This document shows positions 18,199-28,157 of a stretch of 64,000 nucleotides of DNA, piece after piece (within the stretch, counting starts at the first letter, position 1; every line of letters starts with the position of its first letter). Source of the stretch: Bdellovibrio sp. GTDB taxonomy: Bacteria > Bdellovibrionota > Bdellovibrionia > Bdellovibrionales > Bdellovibrionaceae. Location of the stretch: the NCBI GenBank assembly GCA_036676395.1, contig JAKFCY010000002.1, positions 608,001 through 672,000 of the forward strand, given 5' to 3'. The position numbers and the translations under genes are program-made. A model generated the notes under the pieces. The model was not told the origin of the DNA, did not search any database, and saw only the letters and a program-made list of their open reading frames with translations.

Positions 18199-19484
18199 AG
18201 AAAAAATTTTTTGAAATTAGAAATCATTTTCTAAAGTTATTACCTTTTTGGCTAGCTGGTGCGATTACTGCTCTGGTTGCGACCAGCTACGCCAAAGTCT
18301 TTGCCTGGGCCGAACATTTATCGCTGCAGATTTATGAAAGAACGGGACTATGGTATTTATTAATTCCGCCAGTTTTTTTTGTCGCTTCTTGGCTTTTGGT
18401 TGAATTTTTTTCTTCCCGTGCAAATGGCAGCGGCATACCGCAACTCATGGTCGCTATCGAATTATCACAAAATAAAAAATATGAGTCGATTCCGAGTTTG
18501 CTGAGTTTAAGAATTATTATAGTAAAAATATTAAGTTCACTGTTGGGTGTTCTGGGGGGCGGCGCAATCGGGCGCGAGGGCCCAACATTACAAATTTCTG
18601 GCTCGATTTTTCAGATGTTTAATACTCGGTGGAGACTTTCTGAAATACAAAACCGGTCGGCCTTTCTTATGGCGGGTGCAGCTTCAGGATTAGCGTCAGC
18701 TTTTAATACGCCGCTCGGCGGAATCGTGTATGTCGTTGAAGAATTAGCTAAATCACATTTAAGTTCGTTTCGCACGGGCGTGCTTCATGCTGTTATTGTT
18801 GCCGGTATAATTTCGCAGATGATTATGGGGCCTTACCTATATTTTGGTTACCCCAAAATAGATTCTTTTAAGCTAGTCACGATACCTTATTACTTATTGG
18901 TGGCCTTATCTGCCGCAGTTATTGTTACGCTTTTTTCTGAAGCCTTAAAAACTATTGTCATTTTTCGAAGCCGTATTGTCAGCTTCAGAGGCAAGTTGAT
19001 TTTAACTGCACTATGCGGATTTTTTTTCGCGTTGGTCACTATTTATGTTTCGGTCAATACCCTGGGGCCAGGCAAAGAGCTGTTAAATCGTCTGCTTTTT
19101 TCAAGTCAGTCGGCCCAGTTTACGGATGTGATTGTTCGCTTTTTCGGAACTCTATTAACATATGCCAACGGCGGTGCCGGCGGTATTTTTGCGCCGACTT
19201 TAACTCTTGGTGGTACAGCAGCTGGTGCGTTTAATAGTTTACTCCAGTTTGATCTGGGGCCATTGGCAATACTTATCGGAATGACAGCAGGCCTTTCGGC
19301 ATTGACACATTCGCCACTGACTTCATTTATTTTAATTTTAGAGATGACTGACCGACAATCGGCTATCTTTCCGTTAATGTTAGCGGCAATTATAGGTCAT
19401 GGCTTTTCGAAACTGGTATCAAAACAAGCCTTTTACGAATTCGTCTGCGAACGAATAACTAGTAATGCCAAGGAAATTTATTAA
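18189..19484 (+). CDS. ClC-family Cl-/H+ antiporter (no CBS domains)
   Basis: GSGIP, GREGP and GGIFAP signatures. Confidence 0.92.
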   Translation: MELEKKFFEIRNHFLKLLPFWLAGAITALVATSYAKVFAWAEHLSLQIYERTGLWYLLIPPVFFVASWLLVEFFSSRANGSGIPQLMVAIELSQNKKYESIPSLLSLRIIIVKILSSLLGVLGGGAIGREGPTLQISGSIFQMFNTRWRLSEIQNRSAFLMAGAASGLASAFNTPLGGIVYVVEELAKSHLSSFRTGVLHAVIVAGIISQMIMGPYLYFGYPKIDSFKLVTIPYYLLVALSAAVIVTLFSEALKTIVIFRSRIVSFRGKLILTALCGFFFALVTIYVSVNTLGPGKELLNRLLFSSQSAQFTDVIVRFFGTLLTYANGGAGGIFAPTLTLGGTAAGAFNSLLQFDLGPLAILIGMTAGLSALTHSPLTSFILILEMTDRQSAIFPLMLAAIIGHGFSKLVSKQAFYEFVCERITSNAKEIY

Positions 19485-20385
19485 AGTCGCGATCACGCTT
19501 TTGTAAAAAAGCATCGCGGCCTTCTTGAGCCTCATTAGTGCCATAAGCTAAACGAGTCGCTTCGCCGGCAAATAATTGCTGACCCACAAGGCCATCATCC
19601 GGCAAATTAAAACCGTATTTCAACATACGCATCGCTGTCGGAGATTTCGTATTCATCTCGGCAGCCCATTCTAACGCTACTTTTTCAAGATCAGCGTGCG
19701 GTACAACTTCGTTGACCATTCCCATATTGAAAGCGGCTTCGGCGTTGTAATTACGGCCTAAGAAGAATATTTCGCGCGCTTTTTTCTGACCTACTTGGCG
19801 AGCCAGATACGCCGAGCCGTAACCGGAATCAAAACTAGCTACGTCAGCATCGGTTTGCTTAAAGATCGCATGCTCTTTAGAAGCCATCGTTAAATCACAC
19901 ACCACATGTAATGAGTGGCCGCCACCAACAGCCCAGCCAGGAACCACTGCCATGACAACCTTTGGCATAAAACGGATCATGCGCTGAACTTCTAAAATAT
20001 GTAAACGGCCAAGCTTAGCTTGATTAACTTTATTCATTTCGCCAGTGCCGTTACTATCGTCACCTTCGAATTTGTAACCATCACGACCGCGAATGCGTTG
20101 ATCGCCACCAGAACAGAATGCCCAGCCACCATCTTTTGCTGAAGGGCCATTTCCTGTAATTAAAACCACTCCCACATCTGCAGAAATGCGCGCGTGCTCT
20201 AATGCCGTTAAAAGTTCATCAACCGTTTTTGGGCGAAATGCATTGCGCACTTCGGGTCTATTAAAGGCAACACGAACAGTGCCTTGATTTTTTGCTTTAT
20301 GGTAAGTGATGTCAGTGAAATCAAATCCAGCAACTTCGGTCCATTGAGTAGGGTCAAAAATATCAGAAACTTTTTTAGTGCTCAT
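19459..20385 (-). CDS. menB: 1,4-dihydroxy-2-naphthoyl-CoA synthase
   Basis: NRPEVRNAFRP, FCSGGDQR, SFDSGYG, EAQEGRDAF. Confidence 0.96.
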   Translation of the reverse strand: MSTKKVSDIFDPTQWTEVAGFDFTDITYHKAKNQGTVRVAFNRPEVRNAFRPKTVDELLTALEHARISADVGVVLITGNGPSAKDGGWAFCSGGDQRIRGRDGYKFEGDDSNGTGEMNKVNQAKLGRLHILEVQRMIRFMPKVVMAVVPGWAVGGGHSLHVVCDLTMASKEHAIFKQTDADVASFDSGYGSAYLARQVGQKKAREIFFLGRNYNAEAAFNMGMVNEVVPHADLEKVALEWAAEMNTKSPTAMRMLKYGFNLPDDGLVGQQLFAGEATRLAYGTNEAQEGRDAFLQKRDRDFNKFPWHY

Positions 20386-20452
20386 AGCAGATTTTGTAGC
20401 ATTGACCGAGGCCAGTGTCTAATAGATGATAGCCCTATTCGAGGTAAAAAAT

Positions 20453-21514
20453 ATGGTTCATGATTTAAATCCATTTATATTTCGCATCACTGAAACCTTT
20501 GGCCCGCGCTGGTATGGTTTTTCTTACCTACTGGGTTTCTTATGTGCTTATTTGATTATCAGATGGCTTGTTGAAAGACAAAACACCGACTTTACAGCTG
20601 AAATGGTTTCTGACTTTGTCACCTACGCAGCTTTCGGAACTTTAATCGGTGGCCGTATTGGTTACTGTTTGTTCTACGACCAGTCGCTACTTTGGAGCTT
20701 TAGACCCTCGCTGCCTTTTTGGGGAGTGTTAGCCGTTAACGAAGGTGGGATGGCCAGTCACGGCGGTATCATCGGGATTATCGTTGCGTGTTTTTTATTT
20801 GCCAGAAAACATAATTTAAACCCGGTGTATTTGTTAGATGTGGTTTCAATCGTTGGGCCGATCGGTGTGTTATTTGGCCGTATCGCTAATTTCATCAACG
20901 GTGAATTAGTAGGCCGCGTGGCGCCGAAAGATTTTCCGTTAGGCGTGCGCTTTCCTTCAGATATTTTAAACTGGCCACAGTATGAGTACGATCGGTTGCC
21001 GACGTTAACTCCGGTGGTTGAAAAGTTGGGAATCAATCCAACACGTTGGTTAGAGATCGTTAAAGATTCTCAGGCCTCGAGTACAGCAAAAGATGAATTG
21101 TATAACACACTTTACACCATCATTAATAAAATCCAAAATGGCGATCATGCCTTACGTGATGTGATTGGTCCGATTTTAGATTACCGTTACCCATCACAAT
21201 TATTCGCAGCAGCGAGTGAAGGTTTATTTACATTTCTAGTTTTATTTTTCTTAGCCCGTAAATCACGCCGTCCGGGTGTCATCGCCGGAAGTTTTATCGT
21301 GTGTTACGCGATCGTGCGTATTGTAAATGAAATGTTTCGTGAGCCAGATATCCAACTTGGCTATCAAGCGCTTGGCCTTACGCGCGGCCAATGGCTAAGC
21401 GTAGGCATGTTTGCCTTTGGTGTATTTATGCTATTTTACTGGAGCCGCACACAAACCCAGGTCATTCACGGCTGGATGCGCGGTGAAAACGTAAAACTCG
21501 GTTCAAGAAAGTAA
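20453..21514 (+). CDS. lgt: Prolipoprotein diacylglyceryl transferase
   Basis: RWYG, GGRIGY, GGMASHGG, GRIANFINGEL, YPSQL; SD GAGG before ATG 20453. Confidence 0.95.
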   Translation: MVHDLNPFIFRITETFGPRWYGFSYLLGFLCAYLIIRWLVERQNTDFTAEMVSDFVTYAAFGTLIGGRIGYCLFYDQSLLWSFRPSLPFWGVLAVNEGGMASHGGIIGIIVACFLFARKHNLNPVYLLDVVSIVGPIGVLFGRIANFINGELVGRVAPKDFPLGVRFPSDILNWPQYEYDRLPTLTPVVEKLGINPTRWLEIVKDSQASSTAKDELYNTLYTIINKIQNGDHALRDVIGPILDYRYPSQLFAAASEGLFTFLVLFFLARKSRRPGVIAGSFIVCYAIVRIVNEMFREPDIQLGYQALGLTRGQWLSVGMFAFGVFMLFYWSRTQTQVIHGWMRGENVKLGSRK

Positions 21515-21573
21515 TTGGGTGCCAGGCCGTCTTTCTGGTTGCGCCGCAGCCAGAAAGACGGCCTGGCACCCAA
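21515..21573. repeat. REP-like GC-rich palindrome, copy 1
   Basis: Perfect 24-bp inverted repeat TTGGGTGCCAGGCCGTCTTTCTGG / CCAGAAAGACGGCCTGGCACCCAA. Confidence 0.85.
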
Positions 21574-21585
21574 AAAGGAAGCTGT

Positions 21586-23175
21586 ATGAAATTATTCGCT
21601 TTGTTGTTGTTTCCGTTATCTGTATTTGCGGCTCAAGCGCCTTTGCAAATTGGTATCATTCAGGAATGGGATAATATTCATCCGGTCAGCTATCAAACAG
21701 CAGCGACTGAATCGATTTTGCAATTCATGTTTCGTGATGTGGTTTACCGCGATGCCAGTGGTAAGATTTTACCAAACCTTGCAGTGAGTATTCCTAAACT
21801 TAAAAATAAACAAGCGACATGGACTTTCAATGATCAGGCTAAATGGTCTGACGGCACTGCGATCACTTGTGCTGACTGGCATTTGGGTTGGCAAGTCGGC
21901 CTTAGTGATAATGTTTCTAAGACTGAGAAAAATATTTATTCAAAAATCGCTAACATCACTTGGGATGCTAAAACTCCTAAAAAATGTGTTGTGACATACA
22001 CGACAGATGAGTGGACTTTTGATCGTGATCTTCCGCCGGTATTACCAAGCCATTTAGAAAAATCGATTTTTGAAACACAAAATACAAAAGTTGGTTCTTA
22101 CGAACAAAGTTCTAATTACATTAAAAATCCTACTTTAAAAGGTTTATATTCAGGGCCTTACCAAGTTGTTGAGTACAAAATCGGAAGCCATATTATTTTT
22201 GAAGAAAATCCTTTTTTCTTTGGTAAAAAGCCGGCGATTAAAAAAATCATACTTAAACACGTATCAAGCACGAGCACTTTAAAAAGTTATTTATTATCTA
22301 AAGAGATCAATGGCATTTCAGCAGTGGGATTTCCACCAGATTTAGCTTTGGATTTTGCAGCAGATGCATCTTTAAAAGATTTTAACGTGCATTTTAACAA
22401 CGGGCCGATTTTTCAAGGTTTGTTTTTAAATAACGAAGACGAACTTTTAAAAAATATTTATATTCGTGAAGCGCTTACGCATGCGATTAATAAAAAAGAA
22501 TTAACGAAAGCATTTTTAGGCGGAAAATTAAATCCGGCAGAAACAATCATTTCTGAAAATGATTTAGCCTTCAAACAAAAGCCAGCAAGTTATGATCCGA
22601 AAAAAGCTGATGCTATCTTAGAAAAAAACGGCTGGGTTAAAGATGCTTCAGGAATTCGCAAAAAAGATGGCAGACCATTAGAAATCGAATTTAAAACTTC
22701 TGCAGGGATTAAACTTTACGAAACATTACAAGTTTCGATCTGTGACCACTTCAAGCGTGTCGGTATTCTTTGTAAAATCAAAAATGAACCACCACGTATT
22801 TTGTTAGGTGATTCAGTGCCTAAAGGAAATTTCCAAATCGCACTATTTGGTAACACCACTTACCCAGATACTTCTCTTAAAGGTTTATACCATTCACAAG
22901 ATATTCCGTCTGATAAAAACGCTTGGGCAGGTGGAAACATTTTACGATTTAAATCAAAAGACATGGATGCGCTGTTAGAAAAATACGATAAAGAATGGTC
23001 GCAAGCAAAACGCGCGACCATGCTAATTAAGATCGACGAGATGTTAATTTCACAAAAAGCTGTGATTCCGATTTATCACCGCCGTGAAGCTTTAGTTTTA
23101 CCAAAGGCCTTATCTGGTGTTGAGCAAAGTGCGACTGGCACTGGTATGGCTAAACCTGAAAACTGGAAATTATAA
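21586..23175 (+). CDS. Peptide ABC transporter substrate-binding protein (family 5)
   Basis: Signal peptide, AKWSDG..ITCAD, SGPY, IREAL.HAIN. Confidence 0.9.
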   Translation: MKLFALLLFPLSVFAAQAPLQIGIIQEWDNIHPVSYQTAATESILQFMFRDVVYRDASGKILPNLAVSIPKLKNKQATWTFNDQAKWSDGTAITCADWHLGWQVGLSDNVSKTEKNIYSKIANITWDAKTPKKCVVTYTTDEWTFDRDLPPVLPSHLEKSIFETQNTKVGSYEQSSNYIKNPTLKGLYSGPYQVVEYKIGSHIIFEENPFFFGKKPAIKKIILKHVSSTSTLKSYLLSKEINGISAVGFPPDLALDFAADASLKDFNVHFNNGPIFQGLFLNNEDELLKNIYIREALTHAINKKELTKAFLGGKLNPAETIISENDLAFKQKPASYDPKKADAILEKNGWVKDASGIRKKDGRPLEIEFKTSAGIKLYETLQVSICDHFKRVGILCKIKNEPPRILLGDSVPKGNFQIALFGNTTYPDTSLKGLYHSQDIPSDKNAWAGGNILRFKSKDMDALLEKYDKEWSQAKRATMLIKIDEMLISQKAVIPIYHRREALVLPKALSGVEQSATGTGMAKPENWKL

Positions 23176-23177
23176 CA

Positions 23178-23231
23178 GGTGCCAGGCCCTGTTTCTTGTT
23201 GCACTGTGACCAGAAAGACGGCCTGGCACCC
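23178..23231. repeat. REP-like palindrome, degenerate copy 2
   Basis: GGTGCCAGGCC...CCAGAAAGACGGCCTGGCACCC; right arm matches copy 1. Confidence 0.8.
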
Positions 23232-23232
23232 T

Positions 23233-24474
23233 TTAAAGCTTTAAACACTCTTCAAAGCTAGCGGGTTTTTCTTCGCCGGTTTTGAAGTCTTTGATTTTGT
23301 ACTCGATAGTTCCATCTTCTTGCTCAAACAATAAAACTGCTTTTTCAGTATTTAGCTTATTCGCACGTTCTAATTTCTTTTTGAAATTACCTGTCATAAA
23401 TACTTCGCAATATTTGTTTCTAGCGCGTAATGAGCTTGCGATTTTTAATCCTGACATTAAAGCTTTATCGCCTAAAGTGATAATCGCAACCGGAGTCGGA
23501 GCAGGCATTTGCAGAGACTGCATTAATTCGCAAAGATCGGCTAAGCGATCTACGCCTGAAGCCCAACCAACACCCGGAGTTTTTTGTCCACCCAGAGTTT
23601 CTGCTAAACCATCGTATCTGCCACCGGCTAGAACTGCACCTTGAGCACCAAGTTCAGTCGTTACAAATTCAAAAACGGTGTGGCAGTAGTAATCAAGGCC
23701 ACGCACTAATTTTGGATTGATTTGAAATGGAATTTTTAATTCAGCTAAACCATCAGTGACAGTTTGAAAAAACTTTTTTGAAGTCTCGCTTAGAAAAGCA
23801 TCCATCTTCGGAGCACCGGCAACGATTTTTTTATCGCCTTCATCTTTAGAATCTAAAATGCGCATCGGGTTTTTTTCTAAACGCACTTTTGAATCTTCAG
23901 AGAGTTGATCTTTTAACGGAGTTAAATACTGAACTAAGGCTTCGCGGTAAGCTTTACGGTCTTCTTGATCACCTAGAGTATTAATTTCTAAGACAACTTT
24001 TCCGCCGATGCCGATATCATTTAAGATTCTCCATGCAAGATCTAATACTTCGACGTCGGCTTGGGGGTTTTCTAAACCTAAAACTTCAACGCCGAATTGG
24101 TAAAACTGACGGTAACGACCTTTTTGCGGGCGTTCGTATCTGAACATCGGGCCATAATAGTAAAGTTTGTTTGGGTTGTGCTGAGCTAAACCTTCTGACA
24201 CATAAGCGCGAACTACTCCGGCAGTGCCTTCGGGGCGTAAAGTGATCGATTCGCCGCCGCGATCTGTGAAAGTGTAAGTCTCTTTGCTGACTGCATCTGA
24301 AGTTTCGCCTAAAGAGCGGTGAAAAACGTCAGAAAATTCAAAAATGGGAGTTTCAATCTCTTTAAAGCCATAATTTTGAGCAGCGCCGTAAGCTTTTGCT
24401 TCAATAGCTCTAAAGGTCTTTTTTAAAGCGGGTAATAAATCTCTCGTGCCGCGCACGCTTTGGTATTTACTCAT
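23233..24474 (-). CDS. hisS: Histidine--tRNA ligase
   Basis: [39 protein letters not shown]. Confidence 0.97.
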   Translation of the reverse strand: MSKYQSVRGTRDLLPALKKTFRAIEAKAYGAAQNYGFKEIETPIFEFSDVFHRSLGETSDAVSKETYTFTDRGGESITLRPEGTAGVVRAYVSEGLAQHNPNKLYYYGPMFRYERPQKGRYRQFYQFGVEVLGLENPQADVEVLDLAWRILNDIGIGGKVVLEINTLGDQEDRKAYREALVQYLTPLKDQLSEDSKVRLEKNPMRILDSKDEGDKKIVAGAPKMDAFLSETSKKFFQTVTDGLAELKIPFQINPKLVRGLDYYCHTVFEFVTTELGAQGAVLAGGRYDGLAETLGGQKTPGVGWASGVDRLADLCELMQSLQMPAPTPVAIITLGDKALMSGLKIASSLRARNKYCEVFMTGNFKKKLERANKLNTEKAVLLFEQEDGTIEYKIKDFKTGEEKPASFEECLKL

Positions 24475-24504
24475 AGATGTGATGAGCATATCTTAGTTGG
24501 CATT

Positions 24505-24948
24505 ATGATGAAATGGATTTTAGCAGGAATTTTTGCATTTTCTTTAGCTGTCGGTGGCGCGTTGTACTTTATGGATCGTGGAGCCGGTGGTTCTGCCACT
24601 GAAGTTGACTGGCGTGCGCTTGATCAAATGGATTATGTGAACAAAAAAGCTCCCCCTGAACTTGAAAAGTTAAATAAAACGCGCGTAAAAATCCCAGGCT
24701 TTATGGTTCCGCTTGAAGATAACCAACGAGCGGTGACTGAATTCTTGTTAGTGCCAAGTCCGCAAGCGTGTATTCACGTGCCGGCACCTCCGCCAAATCA
24801 AATGGTGTATGTGAAAATGAAAAAAGGTGTACCTGCTGCCGATGGACCAATCTGGGTTTACGGAGATTTTGAAATTACTTTAAAACAATCGCAATACGGT
24901 GAAGCGTCTTTTGAGCTTACCGGAGATTTCATCGAACAATACAAGTAG
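24505..24948 (+). CDS. DUF3299-family protein (ZrgD-like)
   Basis: KIPGFMVPL, EFLLVP..ACIHVPAPPPNQ; N-terminal anchor. Confidence 0.85.
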   Translation: MMKWILAGIFAFSLAVGGALYFMDRGAGGSATEVDWRALDQMDYVNKKAPPELEKLNKTRVKIPGFMVPLEDNQRAVTEFLLVPSPQACIHVPAPPPNQMVYVKMKKGVPAADGPIWVYGDFEITLKQSQYGEASFELTGDFIEQYK

Positions 24949-24956
24949 GTCGTCAC

Positions 24957-25616
24957 ATGTCAGCAGTTATCGAAATTAAAGATTTGTCGTTTTCCTACGG
25001 CGAAAAACCGATTTTACAGGTTCCGCATTTAACTATCGCTAAAAATGAAACAGTTTTTCTGTTTGGCCCAAGCGGCAGCGGGAAAACCACGCTTTTAGAA
25101 ATTTTAGCTGGCGTAATCACCGGTCAAAAGGGTGAAGTTGAAATGCTGGGGCAAAAAACTCAAACGATGAGTAGTCATGAGCGTGACCAGTTTCGTTCAA
25201 ACCACATTGGTTATATCTTTCAGCAATTTAATTTGATCCCTTACTTAACAGTAAAAGAAAATATTTTATTGCCGTTTACATTCAGTGGTAAAAAATTAAA
25301 TTCAGCTTTATTCGATAAAATTGTATCTGCCTTAGGTTTGACAGAATATTCAGACCAGCTAGCAAGCCAGTTATCAGTCGGTCAGCAGCAGCGTGTGGCG
25401 GCAGCGCGTGCGCTAATTATCGAGCCAGAAATTATTTTAGCCGATGAACCGACATCGGCTTTAGATTATGATCATCGCGAGAATTTTTTAAAAATTTTAT
25501 TCGCATTAGTTAAAGAGCAGGGTTCGACTTTAATTTTTGTAAGTCATGATCGTTCGATTCAAAATCTTTTTGATCGTCAGTTAAGCCTATCTGACGTGAA
25601 TGTGGTGAGATTTTAG
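24957..25616 (+). CDS. ABC transporter ATP-binding protein (MacB/LolD-like, ZrgB-like)
   Basis: GPSGSGKT, LSVGQQQRVA, ADEPT. Confidence 0.92.
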   Translation: MSAVIEIKDLSFSYGEKPILQVPHLTIAKNETVFLFGPSGSGKTTLLEILAGVITGQKGEVEMLGQKTQTMSSHERDQFRSNHIGYIFQQFNLIPYLTVKENILLPFTFSGKKLNSALFDKIVSALGLTEYSDQLASQLSVGQQQRVAAARALIIEPEIILADEPTSALDYDHRENFLKILFALVKEQGSTLIFVSHDRSIQNLFDRQLSLSDVNVVRF

Positions 25617-25617
25617 T

Positions 25618-26964
25618 ATGAATTTATTCAAGTTAGCTTTTAAATCAATTCGTCATAGATCTTTTGCAACTACGGCTACGCTATTTTCAGTGGTGTTAAG
25701 CTTATTATTACTTTTTACCGTAGAGCGCGTACGTAGATCTGTTGAAGATAGCTTTACCCAAACTGTTTCTGGTGTGGATTTGTTAGTCGGTGCCAGAACT
25801 GGATCGCTGCAGTTAGTGCTATTTTCAGTTTTTAACATCGGCCAAGTTACAAATAATGTGTCATATGACAGTTACGATAAAATTCATCATCATCCGGACG
25901 TGGATTGGACTATTCCAATTAGTTTAGGTGATGGTCATAAAGGTTACCGCGTTGTTGGTACAACGACAGAATTTTTTGAACACTATCAAGTTAGATCTAG
26001 CGAACATTTAAAAATTGTTAACGGGTCACTTTTTACTGAAGCCAACGAAGTTGTATTAGGTGCTGAAGTTGCCGAAGTTTTAAAATACAAATTAGGCGAT
26101 AAAATCATCGTCGCTCATGGCAGTACGTCAGGTGAATCTTTTGAAGAGCATGCTGATCAGCCCTTAACTGTGGTTGGTATTTTAGGAGCAACAGGAACAG
26201 CGGTAGATCGTTCGCTTTACATCACGCTAGCGGCGATGGAACACATGCATGATGAGCATGAAGGCGAAACGCCTGAAGAGCATGCTCGGCACGAAGGTGC
26301 CAAACATGAAAAAGAAGAAGATCATGCGGGCCACGATCACCATAAACATCACGATGAAAAAGAACACGAAGGCGAAGAACATGATCACGAAGCCCACGAT
26401 CATGAACATCATCCTGAACAAATCACATCGTTTTTTGTAAAATTAAAAAGCAAAACTAAAATTTTAGCGATGCAGCGTGAAATTACTGACAATAAAGGTG
26501 AAGCCTTATTAGCCGTTATTCCAGCGTCAGTATTAAGTGATCTTTGGAAAAGTCTTTCACAAATTGAATTCGTTTTAAAACTAATTTCAGCTTTAGTGAT
26601 GGTTGTTGGCCTTATCGGCATGGTGATCGCGTTAATGACTAGTCTAAACGAACGTCGCCGTGAAATGGCGATCTTACGTTCGCTAGGTGCAGGCTTTTCG
26701 CATTTAGCAAAATTAGTTCTTTTAGAAGTGTTTTTAATTTTAGGTTTAGCCGTCATGACCAGTGCCGTGTTAAAAGTATTATTAGAAATTGCATTGACTG
26801 ATTATGTGGCGAAAAAATTTGGATTATTCTTAACGGGTTCATATTTTTCAGCGATGGATGTATCAATGATGGTTGCTACGGTCGTTATTGGGTTAGTGTT
26901 TGCGCTGGGCCCGATTGTGATCTTTAAAAACAAATCATTAAAAGATGGTCTTGCAGTCAAATAA
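25618..26964 (+). CDS. FtsX/MacB-type ABC permease with His/Glu-rich periplasmic insert (ZrgC-like)
   Basis: VDLLVGARTGSLQL, ISLGD.HKGYRVVGT, ERRREMAILRSLGA; His-rich tract at about 26240-26415. Confidence 0.88.
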   Translation: MNLFKLAFKSIRHRSFATTATLFSVVLSLLLLFTVERVRRSVEDSFTQTVSGVDLLVGARTGSLQLVLFSVFNIGQVTNNVSYDSYDKIHHHPDVDWTIPISLGDGHKGYRVVGTTTEFFEHYQVRSSEHLKIVNGSLFTEANEVVLGAEVAEVLKYKLGDKIIVAHGSTSGESFEEHADQPLTVVGILGATGTAVDRSLYITLAAMEHMHDEHEGETPEEHARHEGAKHEKEEDHAGHDHHKHHDEKEHEGEEHDHEAHDHEHHPEQITSFFVKLKSKTKILAMQREITDNKGEALLAVIPASVLSDLWKSLSQIEFVLKLISALVMVVGLIGMVIALMTSLNERRREMAILRSLGAGFSHLAKLVLLEVFLILGLAVMTSAVLKVLLEIALTDYVAKKFGLFLTGSYFSAMDVSMMVATVVIGLVFALGPIVIFKNKSLKDGLAVK

Positions 26965-26965
26965 T

Positions 26966-27442
26966 ATGGATTTTTCGAAAAACTATATTACGCCGCAAGG
27001 CTTTGCAAAATTAAAAGCCGAATACCACGAGTTAATCGCCGTCGAGCGCCCCAAGGTCGTCGAAGTCGTCACTTGGGCTGCCAGCAATGGTGATCGCTCA
27101 GAAAATGCCGATTACCAGTACGGTAAACGTCGTTTGCGCCAGATTGATGGGCGACTTCATTTTTTACAAAAGCGTATGGAAGCCGCTGAAGTGATTGATC
27201 CTAAATCACTTAAATCAGATAAAGTCATTTTTGGAGCAAAGATCACCATTGAAAATGAAGACGGGGATCAGCACACCTATCAAATCGTTGGTGAAGACGA
27301 AATTGATATTAAATTAAATAAAATTTCATGGAAATCACCAGTCGCTAAAGCCCTATTGGGTAAAAAGCTTGATGATGAAGTCAAAATTCAAAAACCAGCA
27401 GGTGATGAACTTGTTGTGATCACAGATATTGTCTTTGAATAA
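26966..27442 (+). CDS. greB: Transcription elongation factor GreB
   Basis: NYITP, WAASNGDRSENADYQYGKRRLR, ISWKSP. Confidence 0.95.
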   Translation: MDFSKNYITPQGFAKLKAEYHELIAVERPKVVEVVTWAASNGDRSENADYQYGKRRLRQIDGRLHFLQKRMEAAEVIDPKSLKSDKVIFGAKITIENEDGDQHTYQIVGEDEIDIKLNKISWKSPVAKALLGKKLDDEVKIQKPAGDELVVITDIVFE

Positions 27443-27491
27443 CACACCGCTATTTAATTGAGTCCGGCCAGTTACACGTTAGCATTAATAC

Positions 27492-28157
27492 ATGCGTAAC
27501 CGTTTAGTCTTATATTTTGCCGGATTCATTGTAGCCATCATGTGCTTTCTGATGTTCGACTATACGGCTCGTCGCGATTATCTAGTTAAAACCAGCCAAC
27601 CGCGCCAAATTGCAACCCCTGAAGCTATCGTCATTGAAGACGATGCGGATTCAGCAAATGGGATTGCTGCGCGCACAAGATTTTTAACACGCTTTAAAAA
27701 TTTTGCGATTCGCATGAACGCTCTTTCTGATGATCCCGAACAAAGCGAAGAATTCTTACGCGATTTTTCACAAACAATTAAGCCCGAAGACATTATAGCT
27801 TTAAGTAATGTTTTGAATGACCGCAAAATTAGAAATGACGAAAGAACTTTAGCCTTAGAACTGATGGTGATGAATCAAGATTTCGCCAGTCATGATTTAA
27901 TTAATAATTTTGTGCAAAATGAAAGTTTTACGACAAGAGATCATCAAGAATTTGAAATTTCGCTTCGCGCGCAGGCGATCGAAGGTTTAACTTTGTTTGC
28001 AGATAAAAAATTAGTGCGTAAAAATTTAGAAAATTTAAGAATTCGCACGCGCCATGCATTCTTGCACGACCGTGCCGAAAAAGCGATTCAATATTTGTCG
28101 AACACAAACTTAAATGTCCCAATTGAGAATGCCGATGCTGAAGCTTCGTCGCCATAA
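27492..28157 (+). CDS. Membrane-anchored helical hypothetical protein
   Basis: N-terminal TM segment; TTGAGT-N16-TAGCAT promoter 6 nt before the ATG. Confidence 0.6.
   Translation: MRNRLVLYFAGFIVAIMCFLMFDYTARRDYLVKTSQPRQIATPEAIVIEDDADSANGIAARTRFLTRFKNFAIRMNALSDDPEQSEEFLRDFSQTIKPEDIIALSNVLNDRKIRNDERTLALELMVMNQDFASHDLINNFVQNESFTTRDHQEFEISLRAQAIEGLTLFADKKLVRKNLENLRIRTRHAFLHDRAEKAIQYLSNTNLNVPIENADAEASSP

Noticed and set aside
18189..19484. Fluoride-specific CLC-F exporter
   Set aside because: Has the canonical GSGIP/GREGP signatures rather than CLC-F ones; no fluoride riboswitch seen
26227..26440. Short-period DNA repeats and overlapping Met-rich ORFs (also 27928-28254)
   Set aside because: By-products of His/Asp/Glu codon runs in the permease and CDF; not CRISPR arrays or separate genes
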